From positions 1 to 35,842 of the forward strand of contig DATDIA010000203.1 of assembly GCA_036521295.1 (NCBI GenBank): a stretch of 35,842 bases of DNA, written 5' to 3'. Positions 8,757-17,561 of this stretch are shown piece after piece (the first letter of the stretch is position 1; each line of letters begins with the position of its first letter). The notes under the pieces were generated by a model. The model was given only the letters and a program-made list of their open reading frames with translations. It ran no database searches and was not told the origin of the DNA. Source of the DNA: Candidatus Cybelea sp. Its GTDB lineage: Bacteria > Vulcanimicrobiota > Vulcanimicrobiia > Vulcanimicrobiales > Vulcanimicrobiaceae. The position numbers were made by a program, and so were the translations under genes.

Positions 8757-9377
8757 ATGCGCAAAGAGATAACGGAGAAGCCAGCCACGGAACGGCAGCG
8801 GCGCATTCTTGAGGTCATTCGGGCGTTCACGGCGGAGCAAGGTTATCCGCCCTCGGTGCGGGAGATTGGCGAGCGGGTTGGACTCTCCTCATCGTCGACG
8901 ATTCACGCGCACCTCAAGGCGCTCGAGCGCCACGGCATGATCTCGCGAGATCCGACCAAGCCTCGTGCGCTGCGCTCTGGCAGCACGCCGCCTGCCGCAG
9001 ACGCCCTCGTCGTGCCCGTTCTCGGCCGCGTGGCAGCCGGCGTCCCGATCACGGCACAAGAAGACGTTGAGGGCGAGTTCGTTCTCCCGACGAGCTTCGT
9101 GCCGCGCGCCTCCGGTGCGTTCATGCTAAGGGTACAGGGCGACTCCATGGTCGAGGCTGCGATCCTGGACGGCGATCTCATTCTCGTTCGGCCGCAACAC
9201 ACGGCAGAAAACGGCGAAATCGTCGTGGCTATGCTCGACGGCGAAGCGACCGTCAAGCGCTTCTACCGCGAAGCTGGGCGCGTCCGTCTGCAGCCGGAGA
9301 ATCAGGCGATGGCGCCAATCTACGCGAGCGATGTCGAGATCGTCGGTCGCGTCGAAGCCGTCGTCCGCCGCCTCTAG
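8757..9377 (+). CDS. lexA: LexA repressor (S24 peptidase)
   Basis: 206 aa from the ATG at 8757, with GGAGG at 8749-8753. Winged-helix N-terminus: RQRRILEVIRAFTAEQGYPPSVREIGERVGLSSSSTIHAHLKALERHGMI. Cleavage and catalytic region: VPVLGRVAAG...RVQGDSM...VKRF. The track ORF start at 8655 would include the operator. Confidence 0.93.
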   Translation: MRKEITEKPATERQRRILEVIRAFTAEQGYPPSVREIGERVGLSSSSTIHAHLKALERHGMISRDPTKPRALRSGSTPPAADALVVPVLGRVAAGVPITAQEDVEGEFVLPTSFVPRASGAFMLRVQGDSMVEAAILDGDLILVRPQHTAENGEIVVAMLDGEATVKRFYREAGRVRLQPENQAMAPIYASDVEIVGRVEAVVRRL

Positions 9378-9414
9378 AGTTCGCAGGGTCTTTCAGACCT
9401 TCGAGGCTCGCGCG

Positions 9415-10554
9415 GTGCCGGTGATGCGCCGTGTCGGCGAGCTGCCGTTCATCATGGCCGTGCGCGAGGCGCTGCCGTGGAGTTTTATCGGTCTTGCCGC
9501 GGCCTTCGTCGTCATCCTTGCCGCTCAATTGCGCGCCGGAACGCCGCATGAGACCTCCATCGGAATTGCACTGGCGTCGGCGCTGCTTCCGGCTTTCGGA
9601 GTGATGGCAATGGCGCTGGTCGTCGTTCTGCCGCTTCGTCTTGCTCGAGCCGCGGGCTACGGCGTCGCGCCGCTCTTGCTCGGAAGTATCGGCGGCTTCG
9701 CGCTCGCGCTGCCGCGTCCGTTCGGGCCGAACGCGATCGAATATCTGCGGACACTCGGCGCCTCGGGACTCTTCGTCGCGATTCTTTCGTGCGGTGTGGC
9801 TGGTGGGTGGATCGCGTTGACGCGCCGGCGGTTGCCACCGTCGCTTGGTGAGTACGCCGGCGCGTTGCTGGGGGTCGGCACCTTCGCCGCGCTCGCGTTG
9901 TTGCATTTCTCGCTGCCGGCGGCGATTGCGGCGGCGATGCACCCGATCGCGCGATTGGGCGACACCTACGTTGCCTTGATCGTCATCGTTGCGATCGAGA
10001 CGCTGCTGTGGACCGCGGGCGTTCATGGACCCGCGATGCTCGCCGCGATCGTGACGCCCGTCTACCTCACGATGCAGATGCAAAACACGCACGCTTTCAC
10101 GGTACATGCTCCGCTGCCGTACATCGTCGTCGTCTCGCTCTTTCTGTTCGTTTTCCCCGGGGGCGCCGGCGCGACGCTGCCGCTAGCAGGACTGCTAGCG
10201 GTCTCGCGTGTTCCACGGCTGCGCCGCGTCGGGCGCGCGACGCTCTTGCCTGCGCTCTTCAATCTCAACGAGCCGCTGCTCTTTGCCGCTCCGGTCGTAT
10301 TTAACCCGCACTTGGTTTTGCCGTTCGTCGGCGCGCCGCTCGTGCTGGCAACGGTGACGTACTTGGCGGTCGCCTCGGGACTCGTATCGCGCGCGGCCTT
10401 CTACGTTCCGTCTGCCGTGCCGACATTCGTCTCCACCTACGCCGCAACGCAGGACCTGCGCGCGATTGCGCTCGCCGCACTGAATATCGGCATGGCGACG
10501 TTGATCTGGTATCCGTTCGTACGCGCATACGAGCGTCACATCGGCGAATCATGA
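9415..10554 (+). CDS. PTS EIIC-type permease (lactose/cellobiose family), with no adjacent EIIA or EIIB
   Basis: Polytopic membrane protein. EIIC type-3 signatures are present: an N-terminus like F-x-x-x-x-x-P-x-x-x-x-[VI]G (FEARAVPVMRRVGELPFIMAVREAL), WTAGVHGPAMLAAIVTPVYL and NLNEPLLFAAPVVFNPHLVLPFVGAPLV. The start is uncertain: GTG 9415, ATG 9424, or ATG 9331 (which overlaps lexA). Confidence 0.7.
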   Translation: MPVMRRVGELPFIMAVREALPWSFIGLAAAFVVILAAQLRAGTPHETSIGIALASALLPAFGVMAMALVVVLPLRLARAAGYGVAPLLLGSIGGFALALPRPFGPNAIEYLRTLGASGLFVAILSCGVAGGWIALTRRRLPPSLGEYAGALLGVGTFAALALLHFSLPAAIAAAMHPIARLGDTYVALIVIVAIETLLWTAGVHGPAMLAAIVTPVYLTMQMQNTHAFTVHAPLPYIVVVSLFLFVFPGGAGATLPLAGLLAVSRVPRLRRVGRATLLPALFNLNEPLLFAAPVVFNPHLVLPFVGAPLVLATVTYLAVASGLVSRAAFYVPSAVPTFVSTYAATQDLRAIALAALNIGMATLIWYPFVRAYERHIGES

Positions 10555-11828
10555 TTGCGCAGCTGTGCGAGCAATTCGGCATCGGCGGGCCGGTTCGAGA
10601 GGCCGCGCTCGCGGCCTATGAGGCAACCGCTACGCTGACTTACGAGCCCCAACGGCGCGTGCACCTCAACGTGCTGCAAGCCTTCATCGACGAAGGACTC
10701 GTAGAGAGCGATTTCGCCGGCTCGACCGGGTATGGCTACGACGATCCGGCGCGGTCGCGTTATGAGTCGCTGCTGGCACGTGTGCTCGGCGCAGAGCGCG
10801 CGATCGCACGGCTCTCGATCGTGAGCGGTACGCACGCCATCATTGCCGCGCTTGCGGCGTGCACGCCGCCAGGAAGAGCTCTGCTCTCGATTTCGGGAAC
10901 TCCCTACGATACGCTGCGCAATGCGATCTGCGACGCGCCGCATGCGCTGGTCCGCCAGGGGATCTCGTACCGTGAGATCGCGCTGGATCGAAGCGGCGCA
11001 ATCGACCTGCCCGCGGTCGAGGACGCGCTTGCGCAGATCGGCGATGCGACCATTTTCATTCAACGTTCGCGCGGATACGCACCACGGCGCTCACTCTGCC
11101 TGCAAGAGTGCGAGCGGGCGATTCGCACGATCAAGAAGATCGCACCGAGCGCCGACGTGCTCGTCGATAACTGCTATGGCGAGCTCGTTGAGGAACGCGA
11201 ACCTTTACATGCCGGTGCCGATCTGGTCATGGGATCGCTCATCAAGAATCTTGGCGGATCGGTCGCGCCGGCCGGTGCGTACGTTGCAGGAAGCGCACAA
11301 CTCGTCGAACGTGTCGCGGCGCGGTTGTACGCGCCGGGGTTGGGCACATCGCTCGGGCCGTCGCTCGGGTTTGGACGCGAGCTCTGCCAAGGGCTTTTCC
11401 TGGCTCCCCTGATCGTCGAGCAATCGCTGCGGGGACTCGACTTCACCGCAGCCCTCTTTGAAGCGCTCGGTTACGTCGTCGACCCCAAGCCCGGCGAGCG
11501 GCGTACCGACATCGTTCAAGCGATTCGCCTCGGTTCGACGGAGTCGTTGGTGCGCTTTGCCGCTGGATTGCAGGCAGCGATGCCGGTGAACGCCGGTTTC
11601 CGGCCGGAGCCAGGCAGCGTGCCCGGCTATGCGCAGCCTGTCATCATGTCGTCAGGCGCATTCGTCAGCGGCGCGACGATCGAACTCTCCTGCGATGCCC
11701 CGATGCGGCCGCCCTTCGAAGTCTACGTGCAGGGCGGCGTGAGCGTCGCGCACGCGTATCTCGGCGCGCTCTTTGCCGCGCGCGCTTGCGAAGCTTCCGA
11801 TTATTCCGGTTTTTCGGAACCGAGATAG
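10551..11828 (+). CDS. YnbB-like PLP-dependent protein ('aluminium resistance' / methionine gamma-lyase family)
   Basis: 425 aa. Family-typical N-terminal region: VLQAFIDEGLVESDFAGSTGYGYDDPARSRYESLLARVLGAERAIARLSIVSGTHAI...GTPYDTL. GSLIKNLGG is the likely PLP-lysine region. The ATGA start overlaps the EIIC stop. Confidence 0.7.
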   Translation: MIAQLCEQFGIGGPVREAALAAYEATATLTYEPQRRVHLNVLQAFIDEGLVESDFAGSTGYGYDDPARSRYESLLARVLGAERAIARLSIVSGTHAIIAALAACTPPGRALLSISGTPYDTLRNAICDAPHALVRQGISYREIALDRSGAIDLPAVEDALAQIGDATIFIQRSRGYAPRRSLCLQECERAIRTIKKIAPSADVLVDNCYGELVEEREPLHAGADLVMGSLIKNLGGSVAPAGAYVAGSAQLVERVAARLYAPGLGTSLGPSLGFGRELCQGLFLAPLIVEQSLRGLDFTAALFEALGYVVDPKPGERRTDIVQAIRLGSTESLVRFAAGLQAAMPVNAGFRPEPGSVPGYAQPVIMSSGAFVSGATIELSCDAPMRPPFEVYVQGGVSVAHAYLGALFAARACEASDYSGFSEPR

Positions 11829-12019
11829 CCGTAAAAGTAATACTTGCAGCCATCTTGGGTGGTGATTGCCACGCGCGTCTCCTCGACCACCGCCGCGGCG
11901 ACAGTCTTGCCGACAACGTTCTCCAGCATGGCTTGCGTTTGAAGAAACTCGGCCGTTTGAAGCCCCTCCGGTTCTGCCTCGATAAGGTGCAAGAGCTCGT
12001 CAATGCGGTCTTTCATCAT
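11801..12019 (-). CDS. Small hypothetical protein
   Basis: 72 aa from the ATG-ATG at 12019, or 85 aa from the TTG at 12058. Composition is balanced: MMKDRIDELLHLIEAEPEGLQTAEFLQTQAMLENVVGK...GCKYYFYGYLGSEKPE. It converges on the preceding gene with a 28-nt overlap. No family recognised, and the start is uncertain. Confidence 0.4.
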   Translation of the reverse strand: MMKDRIDELLHLIEAEPEGLQTAEFLQTQAMLENVVGKTVAAAVVEETRVAITTQDGCKYYFYGYLGSEKPE

Positions 12020-12117
12020 TATCACAGTAATCGGCGCGGTCTCCAGATTTCTTAGCAAGCTCCGCCGTAGTGCGGCGCCAGGAGGCGCCCGGATCGCCTA
12101 GAGAAGGGCTGGCGGGC

Positions 12118-12411
12118 ATGTACCTGCTCGAAGTGCTAAGCGGCCCGCTCGACGGAAAGACCTGGCCCTTCGAGCTCGAGATCACGATTGGGCGCGATGA
12201 CGCGCTGGCAAACGCCTGCCTAGCGCTCGATCGGTACGTTTCGAGAAAGCACGCCCAGTTGCGGATCGAGGCCGGCGCCATACGCCTGGTCGACCTGCGC
12301 AGCCGCAACGGAACGAGACTAGCCGGCAAGCCCGTGGTCGGTGCAGTCCGGCTTCCAGTCGGAGTTCCGTTCATCGTAGGGCGTACCATTCTGCGGGTGA
12401 CGCGCGCGTAA
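12118..12411 (+). CDS. Stand-alone FHA-domain protein
   Basis: 97 aa. FHA signature: ITIGRDDALANACLALDRYVSRKHAQLRIEAGAIRLVDLRSRNGTRLAGKPV. I prefer the ATG at 12118 to the ORF-track start at 12070. Confidence 0.75.
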   Translation: MYLLEVLSGPLDGKTWPFELEITIGRDDALANACLALDRYVSRKHAQLRIEAGAIRLVDLRSRNGTRLAGKPVVGAVRLPVGVPFIVGRTILRVTRA

Positions 12412-12416
12412 GCTCT

Positions 12417-13244
12417 ATGGAAAGCGTGACGAACGTTGCGCGGGCGCGCGCGCTCTTGCGCGCGTTGCCGCGGCCGGTCGGATTCGTGCCGACGATGGGA
12501 GCGCTCCACGACGGGCACCTCGAGCTTATCGCGCGAGCACGAGATCGATCGGCGACCGTCGCCGTTTCGATCTTCGTCAATCCCTTACAGTTTGGTGCGA
12601 ACGAGGATCTCGCCACCTATCCGCGGGATCCCGTCGCGGATCGAAAAAAACTTGGCGCTGCCGGCGTCGACGTGCTCTTCGCTCCCGAAAACACCGCGAT
12701 GTACGCGCCGGGCTTCGCCACCCTCGTCGACGTTGGGCCGCTCGGCACGATCCTTGAAGGCGCGGTGCGGCCGGGTCATTTTCGCGGCGTTGCGACGGTA
12801 ATCGCAAAGCTGCTGAACATCGTGCAGCCCGACGTGCTTTTTCTTGGCCAGAAAGATGCGCAGCAAACAGTGGTGCTGCGCACGATGGTCGGCGATCTCG
12901 ATTTTCCGGTCGACGTCCAGATCGTGCCGACGGTACGGGAACGCGATGGCTTGGCAATGTCGAGCCGCAACCGCTATCTCGACGCCGCTGCACGGGAGCA
13001 GGCCTCGACTCTTTACCGCGCCTTGCTCGCCGTGCGCGATGCTCTCGAGGACGGCAGCAGCAAGGGCGATGCCATCGTTGCCGGAAAGGCGGCACTGAGC
13101 AGATCGGCGAGGCTGGAGTATCTCGAATTGGTCGACGCCAAGAACTTTGTGTCGCTCGAGCAATTGCGTCCGCCGGCATTTATCGTGGGCGCCGCACGTT
13201 TCGGTACGACGCGTTTGATCGATAATTTGTTGGTGACCTCGTGA
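12417..13244 (+). CDS. panC: Pantoate--beta-alanine ligase
   Basis: 275 aa. VPTMGALHDGHLELI, VSIFVNPLQFG and GHFRGVATVIAKLLNIVQPD...GQKDAQQ are present. Confidence 0.93.
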   Translation: MESVTNVARARALLRALPRPVGFVPTMGALHDGHLELIARARDRSATVAVSIFVNPLQFGANEDLATYPRDPVADRKKLGAAGVDVLFAPENTAMYAPGFATLVDVGPLGTILEGAVRPGHFRGVATVIAKLLNIVQPDVLFLGQKDAQQTVVLRTMVGDLDFPVDVQIVPTVRERDGLAMSSRNRYLDAAAREQASTLYRALLAVRDALEDGSSKGDAIVAGKAALSRSARLEYLELVDAKNFVSLEQLRPPAFIVGAARFGTTRLIDNLLVTS

Positions 13245-14443
13245 AGGGTGATAGACTGCGAGCGGCGCGGATATTCTTGGGCGTCAGCGGCGGTATCGCC
13301 GCGTACAAGGCCGCGGCCTTGACGAGTACGCTCGTACAGCGCGGCGCGAGCGTGGACGTCGTGATGACGGCCGAGGCCGAGCGATTCGTGACCCCACTGA
13401 CGTTTTCGTCGCTGACGGCTCGCCCGGTCTACGCTTCGCTGTGGGACTACCCCGAGCGGATTCCGCACATTCGACTCGTGCGCGAAGCGGACGTCGCGCT
13501 CGTCGCGCCCGCAACGGCGAATCTGATTGCGAAGCTTGCAGCCGGAATCGCCGACGATTTACTGAGCACCGCGCTGCTCGCTGCCCGCATCCCCCGGATC
13601 TTGGCGCCCGCTATGAACGAAGCCATGTACGAAGATCCCGCGACAAAAGCGAATTTATCGACGCTGCGCGCGCGCGGCTATGAAGTCGTGGATCCCGAAC
13701 GCGGTTTTCTCGCAGAGCGAGAGAATGGCATGGGACGCTTAGCCTCGGAAGAGCGCATCGTGGATGCATTGGAGCGTGCGCTCGCGCGTCGCCGGTCGCT
13801 ACGGGGTAAGCGCGTTGCAATCACCGGAGGCCCTACCCGCGAGGCGTTCGATCCGGTGCGCTTTTTGAGCAATGCATCGACCGGAGCGACTGCCATTGCG
13901 CTTGCGCGCGAAGCGGCGCTGCGCGGCGGGGAAGTGACGCTCATGCTCGGTCCGACGCTGCTTGAACCCCCCGCCGGCGTCGAGGTGGTGCGAGTCACGA
14001 CGGCAGCGCAACTCTATGATGCGGCGCTTGAGCGCGCGGTCGGCGCCGATCTCGTAATCGCAGCCGCTGCCGTCGCCGACTGGCGTCCCGCGAAGTTTTC
14101 GGCCTCGAAGGAGCGCAAGCGCGGTAAGGATTTGAAGGTACGGCTCTCGCCCAACTCCGACGTTCTCGCGGCACTGGGCGAACGAAAGGGCGCGACCTTC
14201 TTGGTCGGCTTCGCGGCGGAGACCGAAGAACACGAAGCACGTGCGCGCGAAAAGCTTCGCCGAAAGCATCTGGACGCTATCGCCGTCAACGACGTGCGCG
14301 GCGAGCGCGGGTTCGGCACCGGCGAGAACGCCGTCGTGCTGCTTTGGGGCAAAGACGGCCGCCGCGACCTCGGCGTCGCCCGAAAGGATGTGCTCGCTGC
14401 GCGCCTGCTCGACGCCGTGGAAGAGCTGATGTCATGCTCCTGA
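13241..14443 (+). CDS. coaBC: Bifunctional phosphopantothenoylcysteine decarboxylase / phosphopantothenate--cysteine ligase
   Basis: 400 aa. The flavoprotein N-terminus (ILGVSGGIAAYKAAALTSTLVQRGASVDVVMT, PATANLIAKLAAGIADDLL) is followed by the CoaB half (ITGGPTREAFDPVRFLSNASTG). The GTGA start overlaps the panC stop. Confidence 0.93.
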   Translation: MKGDRLRAARIFLGVSGGIAAYKAAALTSTLVQRGASVDVVMTAEAERFVTPLTFSSLTARPVYASLWDYPERIPHIRLVREADVALVAPATANLIAKLAAGIADDLLSTALLAARIPRILAPAMNEAMYEDPATKANLSTLRARGYEVVDPERGFLAERENGMGRLASEERIVDALERALARRRSLRGKRVAITGGPTREAFDPVRFLSNASTGATAIALAREAALRGGEVTLMLGPTLLEPPAGVEVVRVTTAAQLYDAALERAVGADLVIAAAAVADWRPAKFSASKERKRGKDLKVRLSPNSDVLAALGERKGATFLVGFAAETEEHEARAREKLRRKHLDAIAVNDVRGERGFGTGENAVVLLWGKDGRRDLGVARKDVLAARLLDAVEELMSCS

Positions 14444-14455
14444 AGAGGTGATGTC

Positions 14456-15217
14456 ATGCTCCTAACGATCGACGTCGGCAACACCGAGACGAAACTCGGC
14501 TGTTTTTCAAAGCACGCGCTCAAGCAGACGTGGCGTGTCACGACCGAGTTGCGACGCACGCCCGACGAATACGGCGTCTTCTTCACGCAGCTCTTCGCAA
14601 CGAGCGAGATTAAGACAAGCTCGATTCGCGCGATAGCGATTGCGAGCGTCGTTCCGCAGCTCGACCTAGTCCTCGAAAGCGCCTGCGAGCGGTTCTTCGC
14701 AACGGCGCCTCATTTCTTGAAACCCCAGACGCAGCGCCTGATGAAGGTCGTTACCGAAAACCCCTCGGAGGTTGGCGCCGATCTCATCGCGGCGGCAATC
14801 GGCGGCCGCGCGCGCTTTGGCTCACCGCTCATCGTCGTAAGCTTCGGCACCGCGACCGTTTTCATGGCGATCTCAGCGCGAGGCGAATACCTAGGCGTTG
14901 CCATTGCGCCGGGTATTGCGGTTTCGATCGAGGCGCTGATCGGCCGCACCGCGAAGCTGCCGCAAATCGCGCTCGAGGCACCGGCCCGTGCGATCGGCCG
15001 CAACACGACCGAAGCGCTGCAAAGCGGCATCGTCTACGGCTTTGCCGGGCAAACTGAGGCGATCGTCGCGCGATTGCGCGCGGAGATGGGCGTTGACGCT
15101 AAGGTCGTCGCGACCGGCGGCCTCGCCGAGATCGTCGCCAAGCAGACGCCCGTCATCGAAGCGGTCGACGCGCACCTCAGCTTGGTGGGATTGGAGCTCT
15201 TCCACCGGAAAGTCTAG
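14456..15217 (+). CDS. coaX: Type III pantothenate kinase
   Basis: 253 aa. MLLTIDVGNTETKLG, GADLIAAAIG, SFGTATVF and ATGGLA are present. Confidence 0.92.
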   Translation: MLLTIDVGNTETKLGCFSKHALKQTWRVTTELRRTPDEYGVFFTQLFATSEIKTSSIRAIAIASVVPQLDLVLESACERFFATAPHFLKPQTQRLMKVVTENPSEVGADLIAAAIGGRARFGSPLIVVSFGTATVFMAISARGEYLGVAIAPGIAVSIEALIGRTAKLPQIALEAPARAIGRNTTEALQSGIVYGFAGQTEAIVARLRAEMGVDAKVVATGGLAEIVAKQTPVIEAVDAHLSLVGLELFHRKV

Positions 15218-15221
15218 CGTC

Positions 15222-16220
15222 ATGGCTCCGGCACCTTTGCAGATTGGCCCAATCGAGGTCTGGCCGCCGCTGATTTTGGCGCCGATGTCCGGCGTGACGA
15301 ATCGCACGATGCGCGCGCTCTATCGTCCCTTTGGTCTCGGCCTCACCGTCACCGAGTTCGTTTCGTCCAACGCCTTGAGGTACGGGAGCCGCCGCACGAT
15401 GGAGATGATCGACCAGCACGGCTTGGAACGGCCCGTCTCGACGCAGCTCTGGGGCGACGACCCTGCGACGATGGCACTGGCAGCGAAGGTGGTGCGCGAG
15501 TGCGGTGCCGACATCGTCGACATTAACTTCGGCTGCCCCGCACCGAAGGTAACCAAGACCAACGGCGGATCCGCCTGTCTGCGCGACCCCAAGCGCTGCG
15601 AGGCGATTATGCGCGCCGTCGTTGCCGCCGTCGATTGCCCCGTCACCATGAAGATGCGCTTAGGCTGGAGCAACGACGCGCTCGTCTATCTTGACGTGGC
15701 TCGGCGGGCGCAGCACGCCGGCGTGCAGGCGGTGACGCTGCACGCCCGCACGGCGAAACAATTCTACAAGGGGAACGCCGATTGGGAGCACATCGCGCGC
15801 CTCAAGCGCGCCGTCGACATCCCGGTCATCGGCAACGGCGATCTCGACGATCCTCATCGTGCAATGGAGCGCATGGGTGAAAGCCGCGCCGACGCCATCA
15901 TGCTCGGGCGCGCGACGCTCGGTAATCCATGGCTCATCGCGCAAATTCGAGATCTTATGGAGGGACGCGAGGCGCGCCCGATGCCCACGCCGGCGCAACG
16001 CCTTCGCTTCGCTATCGTCCACTATCGCGCGATGCTTCAAGAGCTGGGCGAAGCGCGCGCCGTCCCGCAGATGCGCAAGCACATCGCGCTCTATCTCAAA
16101 GGCATTTCGGGCGCAGCGATCCTGCGGGAACGCATCATGCACATCGAACGAGGCGACGACGCGATCGGAGTTATCGAAGAGACGATCGCGCGGCTCGACG
16201 CGACGCCGCTTGCAGCGTAA
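15222..16220 (+). CDS. dusB: tRNA-dihydrouridine synthase
   Basis: 332 aa from the ATG at 15222. LILAPMSGVTNRTMRAL, DINFGCPAPKV and LHARTAKQFYKGNADWEHI are present. The track ORF from 14988 overlaps coaX and is Arg/Ser-rich upstream of this Met. Confidence 0.9.
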   Translation: MAPAPLQIGPIEVWPPLILAPMSGVTNRTMRALYRPFGLGLTVTEFVSSNALRYGSRRTMEMIDQHGLERPVSTQLWGDDPATMALAAKVVRECGADIVDINFGCPAPKVTKTNGGSACLRDPKRCEAIMRAVVAAVDCPVTMKMRLGWSNDALVYLDVARRAQHAGVQAVTLHARTAKQFYKGNADWEHIARLKRAVDIPVIGNGDLDDPHRAMERMGESRADAIMLGRATLGNPWLIAQIRDLMEGREARPMPTPAQRLRFAIVHYRAMLQELGEARAVPQMRKHIALYLKGISGAAILRERIMHIERGDDAIGVIEETIARLDATPLAA

Positions 16221-16267
16221 TGAATGAAGAACGAGACTAGCGCGGGTGGCCGGTCCGCCTCGAGACG

Positions 16268-17551
16268 ATGATCGAGGGGCGCGCCGATCTCTACGGCGCG
16301 AGCACGCCGCAAGAGCTCGCAGCCGAGACGTACGAAAACTACAAGGAGTTCGTCAATCCTCCGCTTGCGCGCGTGATGAAGCTTTCCGGATCCCCGGTCG
16401 AGGTCCGGGCGCGGGGCTCTACCATTTGGGACCAAACGGGGAAAGCTTATCTCGACTTCGCCGGCGGCTACGGCGTCTTTACGCTTGGACATTCGCATCC
16501 GCGCGTCGTCGACGCGGTGCGCTCGCAGCTCGAGCTGATCGCGCTCTCGGGCAAGACGATGTTCAACGTTATGCTCGGACGCGCCGCGCGCCGGCTTGCA
16601 GAACTGGCGCCGGGAGATTTGCAGATCTCGTTCTGGTGCAACAGCGGTACCGAGGCGATCGAAGGTGCGATCAAACTCGCGCGCGCGGCCACCGGCCGCG
16701 CAAAGATCGTGGGCACCTACGAAGCGTTTCACGGAAAGACGCTCGGGGCGCTCTCGGTGAGCGGACGCGAAACTTTCCAGGCCCCCTTTCGTCCGCTGCT
16801 TGCCGATTCTCTTTGCGTGCCGTACGCGCAGACCGACGGCCTCGACGAGGCGTTGCGCGACGCCGCTGCCTTCCTCGTCGAACCGGTGCAGGGCGAAGGC
16901 GGCGTCCACGTTCCGCCGGCCGGCTATCTTCGCGAGGTGCGCGCGGCCTGCAATCGAACCGGAGCGCTCTTCGTTGCCGACGAGATCCAAACCGGATTGG
17001 GGCGTTGTGGATATCGCTTTGCCTGCGACCGGGACGACGTCGTTCCCGACGTGATGACGCTGGCCAAGGGACTCTCCGGGGGCGTCGTTCCCGTCGGAGC
17101 GTTCATCGCGCGGCCGCTCGTCTGGAATCGCGCGTTTGGTAAGGCGCCGCTTTTGCATACGTCGACCTTCGGCGGAAACGAACTGGCCTGCGCCGCCGCG
17201 CTTGCCGCAATGGACGTTCTGGAAGAAGAGAGTTTGGCGGACCAGGCTCACGTGCGCGGCGTGCAGCTGCTGAGCGGCGCGCGCGAGATCGCAATGGCGT
17301 ACCCGGCGGTGATTCGAGAAGCGCGTGGGCTCGGGCTCTTGGTCGGGATCGAGCTGACCAATGAAGGATATGGCGGTTGGATCATTCCGGAGATGCTCAA
17401 ACATGGCGTTACGGCCGCCTGGACGCTCAACGCCCAGCGCGTCATCCGGCTCGAGCCGCCGTTGATCATAACGGCACCGGAGGTCGATCGGGGGCTCGAG
17501 GCATTGCGCGCCGGCGTTGCAACGGCCTACGAGAAGTTAGGCCGGCTGTAA
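16268..17551 (+). CDS. Class-III (omega) PLP aminotransferase, putrescine/acetylornithine-aminotransferase-like
   Basis: 427 aa. DFAGGYGVFTLGHSHPRVVDAV, NSGTEAIEGAIKLAR, DEIQTGLGRCG and TSTFGGNELACAAALA are present. Substrate specificity cannot be read from the sequence. Confidence 0.85.
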   Translation: MIEGRADLYGASTPQELAAETYENYKEFVNPPLARVMKLSGSPVEVRARGSTIWDQTGKAYLDFAGGYGVFTLGHSHPRVVDAVRSQLELIALSGKTMFNVMLGRAARRLAELAPGDLQISFWCNSGTEAIEGAIKLARAATGRAKIVGTYEAFHGKTLGALSVSGRETFQAPFRPLLADSLCVPYAQTDGLDEALRDAAAFLVEPVQGEGGVHVPPAGYLREVRAACNRTGALFVADEIQTGLGRCGYRFACDRDDVVPDVMTLAKGLSGGVVPVGAFIARPLVWNRAFGKAPLLHTSTFGGNELACAAALAAMDVLEEESLADQAHVRGVQLLSGAREIAMAYPAVIREARGLGLLVGIELTNEGYGGWIIPEMLKHGVTAAWTLNAQRVIRLEPPLIITAPEVDRGLEALRAGVATAYEKLGRL

Positions 17552-17561
17552 CCGTTCCGCG

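Noticed and set aside
14988-15221. A 78-codon upstream extension of dusB that overlaps coaX.
   Set aside because: The extension is Arg/Ser/Ala-rich, lies in an alternative frame of the well-supported coaX, and is not part of Dus homology. Dus homology begins at MAPAPLQIGPIEVWPPLILAPMSGVT.
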